The notes below the pieces were generated by a model that was not told where the DNA came from, made no database searches, and saw nothing but the letters and a program-made list of their open reading frames with translations. Below, piece by piece: positions 1 through 10,426 of a DNA stretch of 64,000 nucleotides. Every line of letters begins with the position of its first letter. The stretch's first letter is position 1. The stretch lies in NCBI GenBank assembly GCA_043778205.1, contig JAYWGO010000012.1, positions 10,029-74,028 of the forward strand. The letters are read 5' to 3'. Source of the DNA: Polaromonas sp. GTDB lineage: Bacteria; Pseudomonadota; Gammaproteobacteria; Burkholderiales; Burkholderiaceae_C. The translations under genes were made by a program, and so were the position numbers.

Positions 1-1066
1 AACCAAAGGCAAACTGGTCAACTACCTGCAAGCCTGCAGCCTGTGCTTGTTTGCGAAACTCAGCAGGGCAAGGCAGGCAGCCGCCCGGGAAAATGTACTG
101 CTGGATAAAGTCGGTCGAGTTCACGTAGCGGGCAAACAGCGCATCGTCTATCACGATGGACTGGATGCAAGCGCGGCCACCGCTTTTAAGCAGCTTGGCC
201 ACGGCGGCAAAGTAGGTGGGCCAATAGGCTTGGCCCACGGCTTCTAGCATTTCGATAGAGCAAATTGCGTCGAAGGGTGCGTCGGCAATGTCGCGGTAGT
301 CTTGCAGGCGCAGGTCGGCTTGGCTGCTCTGGCCTGCGCGTTGCATGCGCGCTTGCGCCCAAGCCAGTTGCTCGGTAGACAAAGTAACGCCAGTGGTGTG
401 GGCACCAAATTCAGTGGCCGCTTTTTCTGCCAGTGCGCCCCAGCCGCAGCCTATTTCTAGCACCCTGTCGCCGCTTTTTACGCCGGCCATGCGCAGCGCG
501 CGGCGCACCTTGGCGTGCTGGGCCTGCACCATGTCTTGGTCCAAGTTACCCTCAAACCAAGCCGATGAATAGTTCATGGTGTCGTCTAGCCACAGGGTGT
601 AGAACGCGTTGCCCAGGTCGTAATGGGCATGGATATTTTTTTGGCTGTTGGCTTTGGTGTTGCGGTTAAGCAGGTGTTTGACCCGGTAGGCCAAGCGGCC
701 CAGCCAAGTGCCATACACCATGTCTTCCACCTCACGGCGGTTGGCCACCAGCACGCCCAGCAAAGCGGCTATGTCGGGCGATGTCCAGTGGCCGGCAATG
801 AAGCTTTCGGCAAAGCCAATGTCGCCCGACTTGAGCGCAGCCGCGCAGACCGACCAGTCGTGAATGTGCAACGCCGCTTGCGCTGCAGAGGCTTGGCCAA
901 AATGCTGCACACTGCCGTCGGGCAAGGTAACTTGCAAGCTGCCGTGCTGTAGTTTGCGCAGCAGCTTGAGACAGGTGCGCGCGGCAGCGGGGATTGAGCT
1001 GGAGTGTTTAACCGAGCGCGCGGTTGCGGCAGACATCGAGGCAGACAAAGGGTTAGTCGGGTTCAT
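1..1066 (-). CDS. cfa: cyclopropane-fatty-acyl-phospholipid synthase; the 3' end runs off the window start
   Basis: My reverse-strand translation from ATG at 1066..1064 reads MNPTNPLSAS...DRVLEIGCGWGALAE (SAM-binding GxGxG)...CSIEMLEAVG...QQYIFPGGCLP. It is absent from the ORF track because there is no stop inside the window. Confidence 0.85.
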   Translation of the reverse strand, partial: MNPTNPLSASMSAATARSVKHSSSIPAAARTCLKLLRKLQHGSLQVTLPDGSVQHFGQASAAQAALHIHDWSVCAAALKSGDIGFAESFIAGHWTSPDIAALLGVLVANRREVEDMVYGTWLGRLAYRVKHLLNRNTKANSQKNIHAHYDLGNAFYTLWLDDTMNYSSAWFEGNLDQDMVQAQHAKVRRALRMAGVKSGDRVLEIGCGWGALAEKAATEFGAHTTGVTLSTEQLAWAQARMQRAGQSSQADLRLQDYRDIADAPFDAICSIEMLEAVGQAYWPTYFAAVAKLLKSGGRACIQSIVIDDALFARYVNSTDFIQQYIFPGGCLPCPAEFRKQAQAAGLQVVDQFAFG

Positions 1067-1085
1067 GGGCTCAAAAAGGAATGGT

Positions 1086-1907
1086 TTATCGCGTTACTAA
1101 ATTTTGCGGTGGCGCTGGCTTTTTAACAAACGGAACACGCAGCGCCAACAATTTAATGGCCTGCCAATGGATACGCCCCACCACGGCCAGCGTCATAGCG
1201 CCGTAGCGCCACAGTGCGCGGCGCTGGCTGGCCAGCGTTAAGGGCTCTAGGTCGCCACTGACGCAGGTGTTGATCAACGCGCCCTGCGCGTCGTCGTAGT
1301 CTATGCGGGCAACGGTGCGGGCTAGCACCTTGGCATTTTGGGCTGTGTGCTGTGCTGTGCTGGGCGTGGTCATAAAGCGAAACCGGTAGCTGCCTTCTAC
1401 ATTGCAAAACGGCGACACATGGAACACCTTGGCCGCTGTTTGCTCTACCCCATAAGCGGGCCGGTCTAGCAGGTAAACATGGCGTTCGCCAAAGGTATTG
1501 TTCACCTCTACCACCACCGCGCGCAGGCTGCCATTGGGGCCGTGGCAGTACCAAAAACTCACCGGTTTAAAGGTATGGCCCAGCACGCGCGGGTAGCAGT
1601 GCAGCCAGGCCTCGCCCGTGGCATCTGTAATGCCTTGGCTGCGCAACAAGCTGTCCACCCAGGCCAGCGCGTCTGTGCTGCCCGTGCCGTGGTCGCGGTC
1701 ATAAAAGCTCAAGGCACTGCGCCGGTTGCGCGCTAGCGCGGCGCACGGGGTGTGCGCCAAGGTGCGCATCGGCAGCATCAAAAAATAAGTGGGGTAGGCA
1801 AACGCGTTGCGCGCAGGCCGTAGCCGGGTGTGGCGCACCTGGCCAAAACCCATCAGTGCTTGGGCTGTAAGCGCTGGCGCTGCGGATGCGTGGGCTGGCG
1901 TTGTCAT
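1086..1907 (-). CDS. DUF1365 family protein (cfa-operon partner)
   Basis: 273-aa ORF. N-terminus GFGQVRHTRLRPARNAFAYPTYFLMLPM is typical of DUF1365. It lies between the FAD oxidoreductase and cfa, overlapping the upstream gene by 4 nt. Confidence 0.8.
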   Translation of the reverse strand: MTTPAHASAAPALTAQALMGFGQVRHTRLRPARNAFAYPTYFLMLPMRTLAHTPCAALARNRRSALSFYDRDHGTGSTDALAWVDSLLRSQGITDATGEAWLHCYPRVLGHTFKPVSFWYCHGPNGSLRAVVVEVNNTFGERHVYLLDRPAYGVEQTAAKVFHVSPFCNVEGSYRFRFMTTPSTAQHTAQNAKVLARTVARIDYDDAQGALINTCVSGDLEPLTLASQRRALWRYGAMTLAVVGRIHWQAIKLLALRVPFVKKPAPPQNLVTR

Positions 1908-3262
1908 GCTGCTAGCCGCTGTGGTGCGTGCAGTTCTTGCAGCAGGGTGCGCCCCACGGCCAGGCCCGACTTAAGGCCATCTTCATGAAAGCCATAGCCC
2001 ATCCAGGCACCGCAAAAATACGTGCCCCGGTCGCCTTGCAAGGTGTGCATCTGCTGCTGCGCCGCAGTGGCCGCCGCGTCAAACACCGGGTGCGCGTAAT
2101 GAAATTCGCCCATAGTGTGGTTACGCGCTATCGGTTGCGATGGATTCAAACTCACCACCACGGGCTGGGCAAAGGGTATCGGCTGCAGCTTGTTTATCAG
2201 GTAGTGCAGGCACACACTGTTGCTACCCTCATTGCCACCATTATTGCTACCGCTACTGTCCGCAGGGTTGCCGCGCACATAGTTCCACGCGGCCCAGGCG
2301 CTGCGCTGGGTGGGCAGCACCGACGCGTCGGTGTGCAGCACGGCATGGTTAGCTTGGGTGCGAAACGCGCCCAGCACGCTGCGCTCTTGCGCGCTGGGGT
2401 CGCGCAGCAGTGCCAGCGCCTGCGGCGCGTGCGTGGCCAGTACCACGCGGTCAAAACGCTCAGCGCGGCCTTGGGAGATCACCCGCACACCGCCATGTGC
2501 GCTGTCGCGCTCGACCAGCTCCACCGGGGTGTCCAGCCTTTTGTCGCCAATGTGGGCCACTATTTTGTCTACGTAATGGCGCGCACCGCCGGCCACGGTG
2601 TACCACTGCGGGCGGTTGGTAATTTGCACCAGGCCGTGGTTGTGGCAAAACCTGACCATGGTGGCCACTGGGAACTGCAGCATCTGGTCGGTAGGGCAGC
2701 TCCATATGCAGCCCAGCATGGGCAACAGGTACCAGTCGGTAAAGGCGGCGTTAAAACGGTGCTCTTGCAGAAAATCGCCCAAGGGCTGGGCCAGCTTGGT
2801 CTCGCTGCCTGCCTGCGCTATCTGGGTGCACAGCTTGTTAAAACGCAGCATCTGCCACAGCATGCTTAAGAACTGGGGGTTAACCAGGTTACTGCGCTGG
2901 GCAAACACGCTGGACAGGTTGGTGCCGCTCCACTCCAGCGTGCTGCGGCCTTTGCCGGGGAAGGCACCGGGCACCTGCACTGAAAATGACATCTCAGACT
3001 TGGCCGTTTGCACGCCCAGCTGGGCAAACAGGGCAATTAAATTAGGGTAAGTGCGCTCGTTGTAGACCAAAAACCCGGTGTCGATTCCGTGGGTGACATT
3101 GCCTTGCGGCGTGGGCAGCGTAATGTCTACCGTGTGGGTATGGCCACCAAAGTAGCTGGCAGATTCAAACAAAGTAACGTCGGCGTGGCCTTGCAGGCTG
3201 TGGGCCACCGACAGACCTGCAATGCCTGAGCCAATGATGGCCACTTTGAGGGGTGCGGACAT
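1904..3262 (-). CDS. NAD/FAD-binding amine-oxidase-like oxidoreductase
   Basis: 452-aa ORF with an N-terminal dinucleotide-binding motif KVAIIGSGIAGLSVA. It is the first gene of the oxidoreductase-DUF1365-cfa arrangement. Confidence 0.85.
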   Translation of the reverse strand: MSAPLKVAIIGSGIAGLSVAHSLQGHADVTLFESASYFGGHTHTVDITLPTPQGNVTHGIDTGFLVYNERTYPNLIALFAQLGVQTAKSEMSFSVQVPGAFPGKGRSTLEWSGTNLSSVFAQRSNLVNPQFLSMLWQMLRFNKLCTQIAQAGSETKLAQPLGDFLQEHRFNAAFTDWYLLPMLGCIWSCPTDQMLQFPVATMVRFCHNHGLVQITNRPQWYTVAGGARHYVDKIVAHIGDKRLDTPVELVERDSAHGGVRVISQGRAERFDRVVLATHAPQALALLRDPSAQERSVLGAFRTQANHAVLHTDASVLPTQRSAWAAWNYVRGNPADSSGSNNGGNEGSNSVCLHYLINKLQPIPFAQPVVVSLNPSQPIARNHTMGEFHYAHPVFDAAATAAQQQMHTLQGDRGTYFCGAWMGYGFHEDGLKSGLAVGRTLLQELHAPQRLAA

Positions 3263-3759
3263 GGACAGGCTAAGCCGAATAGAAAACCACTACGTTGCGC
3301 CCTGAAGCGAAAAGAGGGAGGGAGGAGGAAAACCGCTTCAAAATTTCAGCCAAACAAAACTTGCCCGGCAGGCCGCGTAGCAGAGGAAAAGGGTGCACGA
3401 TGGGTATCAACAAACTGCCAATTACAATCATTAAATGACTCCAAACTGCATAGTCAAATTATGACTGAACAGTATCGAATTACAATGGGTAGTTATTATT
3501 GCCCTGCAGTTAAGAAGGTTAAATAACTTGCGTGCGCCCTGCCCTGTGTTGCTGCAGGCTTGGCAGAACCTTATTATTGCGGCTTTTAAAGCCCGCTTTA
3601 GTGGGCTACACGCCAGCCAGATTATTTTTTTGACCATGCACTACGCGCTGCGGGCTTACCCTGTAAGGCCATTCACCTTGGGTGGTTCTTGCAGTTAAAC
3701 CGTACAGCGTCACATACAGTGCGTAAAATCGTAGTAAATTTATATTACGTAGGCACCTT

Positions 3760-4644
3760 ATGCTTTACCCAGAACTCTTTAAACAACTTGAATCGGTCCG
3801 ATGGGACATGGAAAAAGATATTCCATGGGGGCAATTTGACGGGGCGCAGCTGACCGACGAGCAAGCCCAAACCATCAAAATGAACGCCATTACCGAGTGG
3901 AGCGCACTGCCCGCCACCGAAATGTTTTTGCGCGACAACCGCCACGACAGCGACTTTTCTGCCTTCATGTCGATCTGGTTTTTTGAAGAGCAAAAGCACT
4001 CCTTGGTGCTGATGGAATACCTCAAACGTTTTCGCCCCGACATGGCCCCCACCGAAGCCGAGCTGCACGAAGTGCGCTTTGAGTTTGAGCCCGCACCTGC
4101 GCTGGAAACGCTAATGCTGCATTTTTGCGGCGAAATTCGCTTAAACCACTGGTACCGCCGGGCCAGCGAATGGCATACCGAGCCGGTGATTAAAAACATC
4201 TACACCAAGCTAAGCCAAGACGAAGCCCGCCATGGCGGTGCCTACCTGCGCTATATGAAGCGCGCCATTGGCAACTTTGGTGTGGATGCCAAAGCTGCAT
4301 TTACCAAGGTAGGCGTGCTCATGGCCAGCGCCCGGCGCACCGCCCAAGCCCTGCACCCTACCAATTTGCACGTGAACAAAGCGCTGTTCCCGCGCGACAC
4401 TATCCAGAGCCGCTTGCCCAACCCTGACTGGCTGGAGCACTGGCTGGACACGCAAATTAAGTTTGACGCGGTGTGGGAAGGCAAAGTGGTAGAGCGTATT
4501 TTGCACAACATGAGCCTGCTGATGGAGCGCAGCTTTGAAAGCGTGCAAGAGCTCAACCGCTTTCGCAAAGAGCTGTCTAAAGAGTTGGCAGCCAAAGCCG
4601 AAGGCTTGATACTGCCCTCTGGTGTTGCCACCAGCGCGGCATAA
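3760..4644 (+). CDS. ferritin-like di-iron carboxylate protein (acyl-ACP-desaturase-like fold)
   Basis: 294-aa ORF with two ExxH motifs (FFEEQKHS and SQDEARHG) at the spacing expected of di-iron four-helix-bundle proteins. Confidence 0.65.
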   Translation: MLYPELFKQLESVRWDMEKDIPWGQFDGAQLTDEQAQTIKMNAITEWSALPATEMFLRDNRHDSDFSAFMSIWFFEEQKHSLVLMEYLKRFRPDMAPTEAELHEVRFEFEPAPALETLMLHFCGEIRLNHWYRRASEWHTEPVIKNIYTKLSQDEARHGGAYLRYMKRAIGNFGVDAKAAFTKVGVLMASARRTAQALHPTNLHVNKALFPRDTIQSRLPNPDWLEHWLDTQIKFDAVWEGKVVERILHNMSLLMERSFESVQELNRFRKELSKELAAKAEGLILPSGVATSAA

Positions 4645-4745
4645 ACAGCAGCAGATGGTGACGGGGAAAAACTGCGCCATGACCATTGCGCCTAGCTGCG
4701 CAACCCTACACCACCACCACACCTACGTCCACGCCCACGCACTGA

Positions 4746-5231
4746 ATGAGCGCTCCTAGCTTCTTAGCCAAAATAGCCACGCGCGCGCAGGTGGCCGAGC
4801 GCGCAGCCGCGTTGTCCAAGCCTTTGGTGTTTACCAATGGTGTGTTCGATGTACTGCACCGTGGCCACGCCAGCTACCTGGCAGCCGCACGTGCACTGGG
4901 CGGTTCGCTGGTGGTGGCCCTGAACACCGATGCCTCTGCCCGCCGCCTAGGCAAGGGCCCCGACCGGCCACTGAACCACCAAGACGACCGCGCTGCGCTG
5001 ATTGCGGCACTGGAATCGGTCTCGTTGGTAACCTGGTTTGACGAAGATACCCCGCTAGAGATCATCAGCACATTGCGCCCCGACATATTGGTCAAAGGTG
5101 GCGACTACGACATGAAGCTGTTGGCAGAAGCCCGGCTGGTAGAAGGCTATGGCGGCCAAGCATTTGCGCTGAGTTTTGTGGACGGTTACTCTACTACCGC
5201 TCTGGTCAAAAAAATTCGCTCGGCTGCGTAG
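4746..5231 (+). CDS. rfaE: D-glycero-beta-D-manno-heptose 1-phosphate adenylyltransferase (RfaE domain II, stand-alone)
   Basis: 161 aa. Cytidylyltransferase signature TNGVFDVLHRGH, then VALNTDAS...KGGDY. Confidence 0.85.
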   Translation: MSAPSFLAKIATRAQVAERAAALSKPLVFTNGVFDVLHRGHASYLAAARALGGSLVVALNTDASARRLGKGPDRPLNHQDDRAALIAALESVSLVTWFDEDTPLEIISTLRPDILVKGGDYDMKLLAEARLVEGYGGQAFALSFVDGYSTTALVKKIRSAA

Positions 5232-5286
5232 TACTATTAATTTAATAGCTGCTTGTGCAGCATTTCCTTGGGTCATAGGGCTATTT
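5232..5286 (+). repeat. triple-palindrome repeat element, copy 1
   Basis: gtACTATTAATTTAATAGCTGCTTGTGCAGCATTTCCTTGGGTCATAGGGCTATTTT begins directly after the rfaE stop codon. Confidence 0.9.
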
Positions 5287-5968
5287 TGCTTGAAAATATT
5301 GTTTTCTTAGGTCTTTGAAGATTGCTATCCCAGCTTTTGTACGTTTGCGCCGCTTGAGTGTGGCCTTGCTGCAAAATCTTCCAAAATCACGCGCAGGTAG
5401 CCTAAGTATTTGCCCGTTTGGAAGTACGACGCGCCTTTTTCCAGATTTTCATCAAGGCCACACTCAATCGACGCTTTGCCAGTTTGGTGTGGGGGCATTT
5501 AGCGCAAAGAGGGCCACGGTTTCGATTGCCGCTACACACGTAGCCTTGCGTGTTCCCGGTCTTGGGTGGGTCGCTGCCGGTTACCGTCACATGCATCTAC
5601 CCCACGTGCCTTCAACTGCCAAATTTGCCAGGGAGAAGCGATGGGAGCGTGTTTTTTGCAAGCTGTAGCAAAGGCGCGGAAACAGTCTGCGATAACTACT
5701 GCGGTGTGCGTGTGTTTTGCGGAAGTTTGCAAAAAACATGTCCCGTCGCCCGACCAAGGTGAATAGACCTGCACAAGCATTGCCACGGGCTGTTAAAAAC
5801 ACCCCAAGCGCCCTAAGCAAATAGCAAATAGCTAATGCAAACCAAGACACTCAAACATTGACGCGGACTGTTCAAAACCCCAAACAGTACCCAAAAACAG
5901 AGCACAATTTACCCCAGCTTTACAAACCAGTTACGCCCCGGTAGCCGAGGCTACATAAACTCGCTAGC

Positions 5969-6694
5969 ATGGAGACCATGCAACAACACCTGCTGATGAT
6001 TGAAGACGACACCCGCCTGGCCAATATGGTGGGCGAGTATTTTCGTGGCAACGGCTTTGCGTTTACCCACGCTGCAGACGGTGCAATGGGTTTGGCGGCG
6101 CTGCACACCGCGCCGCCGCAACTGGTGATTTTGGACCTGATGATGCCCGGCATTGACGGCCTAGAGGTGTGCCGCCGTATTCGTGCGCTGCCCGGGGCGC
6201 TGTCGCGCACCCCCGTGCTCATGCTGACCGGCAAAGGCGACGCGATGGACCGGATTATTGGCCTTGAACTGGGCGCTGACGACTACTTGGCCAAACCGTT
6301 TGAACCGCGCGAACTGCTAGCGCGTGTGCGCTCGGTGCTGCGCCGCCATGGCGAAGGCGCAGCCTTACTGAATGACAAAGACCAACGCCGCATGGTGTTT
6401 GGCAGCCTGGAGATAGACCGCGATGCCCGCACCGTGCTGGTTGCAGGTAGCAAGGCCGACCTCACCTCCTACCAGTTTGACCTGCTGGTAGCCATTGCCG
6501 AGCGGGCGGGCCGGGTGCTGACCCGCGAGCAAATTATGGAGGCTGTGCGCGGCCGCGAGCTGGAAGCTTTTGACCGCTCTATTGATGTGCACATGGGCCG
6601 TATTCGCGCGGCGATTGAGCTTGACCCCAAAGAGCCGCAGCGCATTGTGACCGTGCGCGGCGTGGGCTATGTGTTTTCAAAGCAGCAAGATTAG
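5969..6694 (+). CDS. OmpR-family response regulator
   Basis: 241 aa. Receiver domain (LVILDLMMPGIDG, phospho-acceptor Asp context) plus a winged-helix C-terminus (TVRGVGYVF). Confidence 0.9.
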   Translation: METMQQHLLMIEDDTRLANMVGEYFRGNGFAFTHAADGAMGLAALHTAPPQLVILDLMMPGIDGLEVCRRIRALPGALSRTPVLMLTGKGDAMDRIIGLELGADDYLAKPFEPRELLARVRSVLRRHGEGAALLNDKDQRRMVFGSLEIDRDARTVLVAGSKADLTSYQFDLLVAIAERAGRVLTREQIMEAVRGRELEAFDRSIDVHMGRIRAAIELDPKEPQRIVTVRGVGYVFSKQQD

Positions 6695-6700
6695 CCTGCG

Positions 6701-8077
6701 ATGAAAGTATCTTTTTTTAACCGCTTGGTGGTGCGTGTGTGGCTGGCCGTGGTGCTGGCGGTGCTGGTACTTACCTTTGCCTTTGGCGCGCTGTGGCGCG
6801 ACTACACCGACCGCGTGCGCGCCGAGCGCCTGGCTGAGCTGCCTGCCCGCGAGCTGATTGTGCGCGACGCACAAGGCGCGTTGCTAGGCCAGGCCAGCGC
6901 CAAAGCGCCGCGCCCGAAAGTTCCAGGGCAGCAGGCTCCAGGCCCAGGGCTGGAATTTGAAGTGGGCATGCCCAACGGTGACAAACTGCTCATTGATCTA
7001 CCGCCGCGCCCACCGCCTGCATCAGGCCCCCTGCCTTCGCAGCGCTGGATCGATGCCAACACCCAGCGCAACCCCAGTTTTCTGCTCTGGCTGGGCGGCG
7101 TGATAGCGCTGGCCGTGGCAATGGGCAGCTACCCGATTGTGCGGCGCATTACCAAGCGCCTTGAGAGCTTGCAGCGCGGCGTAGAGCGCTGGGGCGCAGG
7201 CAATTTGAAAGAACGGGTAGCTACGGATGGCGCTGACGAAGTGGCTTTTTTGGGCCAGCGTTTTAACGCCGCCGCCGACCGCATAGAGGCGCTGGTGCAG
7301 GCACACAAAACACTGCTTGCCAACGCCTCGCATGAGCTGCGGTCGCCCCTGACGCGCATTCGTATGGGGCTAGAACTTAGCCAGCAGGCCCCCAGCCCTG
7401 CGCTGCAAGCCGAGCTGGCACGCAGCATCAACGAGCTGGACGCACTGATTGACGAAATACTGCTGTCCAGCCGCTTAGACGCAGCCCAGCACAGCCCTGG
7501 TGTAGGCCTGGGTGCAATAGAAGAAGTAGACATGATTGCGCTGGTAGCCCAAGAATGCGCCCGCTATAACGTGCCCCTAGACTGCCAGCTGCCAGGCGCT
7601 CCCGCCCAAGAGGCCCATGAAGCGCAATCGCAACAGCTGCACACGCAAAGTCTGCAGATGCAAAGCCTGCAAATACAAGGCGTGCCGCGCTTGCTGCGCC
7701 GCTTGGTGCGCAACCTGCTAGAAAATGCGCAGCGCTACGGCCGGGGCAGCGTGCAAGTTACGCTGCGCTCTGTGCCGCACCTACCGACAACTGCACCACC
7801 CTACCCTGCACAAACCCTAGGGTATAGTGCCCCCACTGCGCGCAACGCGATCGAAATTCAAGTCTGCGACCGAGGCCCTGGCGTACCCGTAGCCGAGCGT
7901 GCACGCATTTTTGAACCCTTTTACCGCAGCAGCAGCGCCAGTGAGCGCGATGGCGGCGTGGGCTTGGGTTTGGCACTGGTGCTGTCGATTGCCCAAAGCC
8001 ACGGCGGCAGGGCCACGTGCCTGGGCAGAGATGATGGCACTGGTGCCTGTTTTGTGGTGCACATTACGGGCTGTTAA
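6701..8077 (+). CDS. sensor histidine kinase (HAMP-HisKA-HATPase)
   Basis: 458 aa. H-box ANASHELRSPLT, N box LLENAQRYG, G boxes DRGPGVP and GGVGLGLALV, two predicted TM segments. It starts 7 nt after the regulator gene. Confidence 0.9.
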   Translation: MKVSFFNRLVVRVWLAVVLAVLVLTFAFGALWRDYTDRVRAERLAELPARELIVRDAQGALLGQASAKAPRPKVPGQQAPGPGLEFEVGMPNGDKLLIDLPPRPPPASGPLPSQRWIDANTQRNPSFLLWLGGVIALAVAMGSYPIVRRITKRLESLQRGVERWGAGNLKERVATDGADEVAFLGQRFNAAADRIEALVQAHKTLLANASHELRSPLTRIRMGLELSQQAPSPALQAELARSINELDALIDEILLSSRLDAAQHSPGVGLGAIEEVDMIALVAQECARYNVPLDCQLPGAPAQEAHEAQSQQLHTQSLQMQSLQIQGVPRLLRRLVRNLLENAQRYGRGSVQVTLRSVPHLPTTAPPYPAQTLGYSAPTARNAIEIQVCDRGPGVPVAERARIFEPFYRSSSASERDGGVGLGLALVLSIAQSHGGRATCLGRDDGTGACFVVHITGC

Positions 8078-8330
8078 CAGGCCATGCATGCGCGCAAAGC
8101 ACGGTACGGCACAGTTGCACAAGGATACATGCGGGCAACACCCAGCAGCTTCGTGATTTAACGCACGAAATGTGAAAAATTGTTGTAAATGCACCCCCTA
8201 TATCACCTGTTTGTGGGATGTTCTCACGAGAGAATCTATTGCACAATCGTTTTACTGTTGTCACACAGAAGGTTTGTAAAGTATTTTTACCGGTCTCCCA
8301 ACGACGTCCTTTCCAAGAGGACTTTGACAC

Positions 8331-8357
8331 GGCCACCCTCGGGTGGCCGTTTTTTTG
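8331..8357 (+). terminator. Rho-independent terminator-like hairpin plus T-run
   Basis: GGCCACCC-tc-GGGTGGCC followed by GTTTTTTT, about 250 nt downstream of the kinase stop. A second small hairpin GTCCT...AGGAC precedes it. Confidence 0.5.
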
Positions 8358-8514
8358 TGCCCTGCCCTGGCGCACGGGCAGCAACTTAGGCCATGCCGTG
8401 CCAGTTCATGCACAATAACGATTCATGCGGCCTATGTTGGCTTAGCTTTGGCCGCGCTCTCACTCTTATCTTGTAGGCAAAGCCACCGTCCATTTGCTTA
8501 AAGAACCTTGACCT

Positions 8515-9429
8515 ATGACCACGCGCTTTAACCCCACTGCCCTGCCCGTTTGCCTGCCTGTTTACGCAACCGCGCTTTGCACTTTGAAGGCAGAGCTGCT
8601 GCGGGCGCGCGCCTTACGGGGCACTGCTGCCACTATTGGTGCACTGGCCCTGGCCGCAGCTTTTTCCAGCCCAGTGGCCACCGCACGCGACGGTGTCGAG
8701 GTGGGCGGCAACTCTCAGTTTGCCAAGCTGGTGCCTGCCAGCCAAGTAGAGGAAGCAGCCAGCCAGCAGTACCAAAAAATGCTGCAAGAAGCCAGTGCAC
8801 AACAGGCATTGGCACCCGCCAACCACCCCCAAGTGCTGCGGCTAAGGGCAATTTCCCAAAAAATAATCCCCCATGCGCTAGAGTGGAACCCGCGCGCTAA
8901 AGACTGGAAGTGGGAGGTTAATTTGCTGGTCAGCAAACAGGTCAACGCGTTTTGTATGCCAGGCGGAAAAATTGCCTTTTACACGGGCATTTTGGAGCAG
9001 CTCAAACTCACCGACGACGAGGTGGCCATGATCATGGGGCACGAAGTAGCCCACGCCCTGCGTGAGCACGCCCGCGAACGCATGGGCAAAAACGCCGCTA
9101 CCAACATTGGTGCCAATGTGCTGGGCCAGCTGCTGGGAGTGGGCAACACAGGCGCGCAAGTGCTGGGCATGGGCAGCCAACTGCTGAGCTTGAGATTTGG
9201 CCGCGAAGACGAGTCAGAAGCCGACCTGGTAGGCATGGAACTGGCCGCCCGCGCCGGCTACAACCCGCGTGCAGGGGTGTCGCTGTGGCAAAAAATGGGC
9301 GCAGCCAGCAAAGGCGCGCCGCCGCAGTTTTTAAGCACACACCCCAGTGGGCCTAAACGCATTTCTAACATTGAAGGCAACTTGCCCAAGGTGCTGCCTT
9401 TGTACGAGCTGTCCAAGCTTAAAAAGTAA
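8515..9429 (+). CDS. M48-family zinc metallopeptidase
   Basis: 304 aa with HEVAHAL (HExxH) followed by ESEADLVG. Confidence 0.85.
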   Translation: MTTRFNPTALPVCLPVYATALCTLKAELLRARALRGTAATIGALALAAAFSSPVATARDGVEVGGNSQFAKLVPASQVEEAASQQYQKMLQEASAQQALAPANHPQVLRLRAISQKIIPHALEWNPRAKDWKWEVNLLVSKQVNAFCMPGGKIAFYTGILEQLKLTDDEVAMIMGHEVAHALREHARERMGKNAATNIGANVLGQLLGVGNTGAQVLGMGSQLLSLRFGREDESEADLVGMELAARAGYNPRAGVSLWQKMGAASKGAPPQFLSTHPSGPKRISNIEGNLPKVLPLYELSKLKK

Positions 9430-9470
9430 GGCCCGTGCACATTGCCAACCCGCATACCATTTGGCCATAT

Positions 9471-9525
9471 ATAGCTACTTATTTAATAGCTGCTTGTGCA
9501 GCGTTTCCTTGGGCCACAGGCCCAA

Positions 9526-9533
<8 letters not shown>
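9471..9533 (+). repeat. triple-palindrome repeat element, copy 2 (left arm partly duplicated)
   Basis: ATAGCTACTTATTTAATAGCTGCTTGTGCAGCGTTTCCTTGGGCCACAGGCCC. Confidence 0.9.
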
Positions 9534-10404
<871 letters not shown>

Positions 10405-10426
10405 AAACTAAAACTCCCCACCGCCC

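Noticed and set aside
5402-5596. 64-aa minus-strand ORF with a C..C / CAKCPH pattern, considered as an HNH or IS91-type zinc-ribbon gene
   Set aside because: It is bounded immediately by stop codons, the neighbouring frames are fragmentary, and the motif match is loose. It is reported only as part of an unexplained region, not as a gene.
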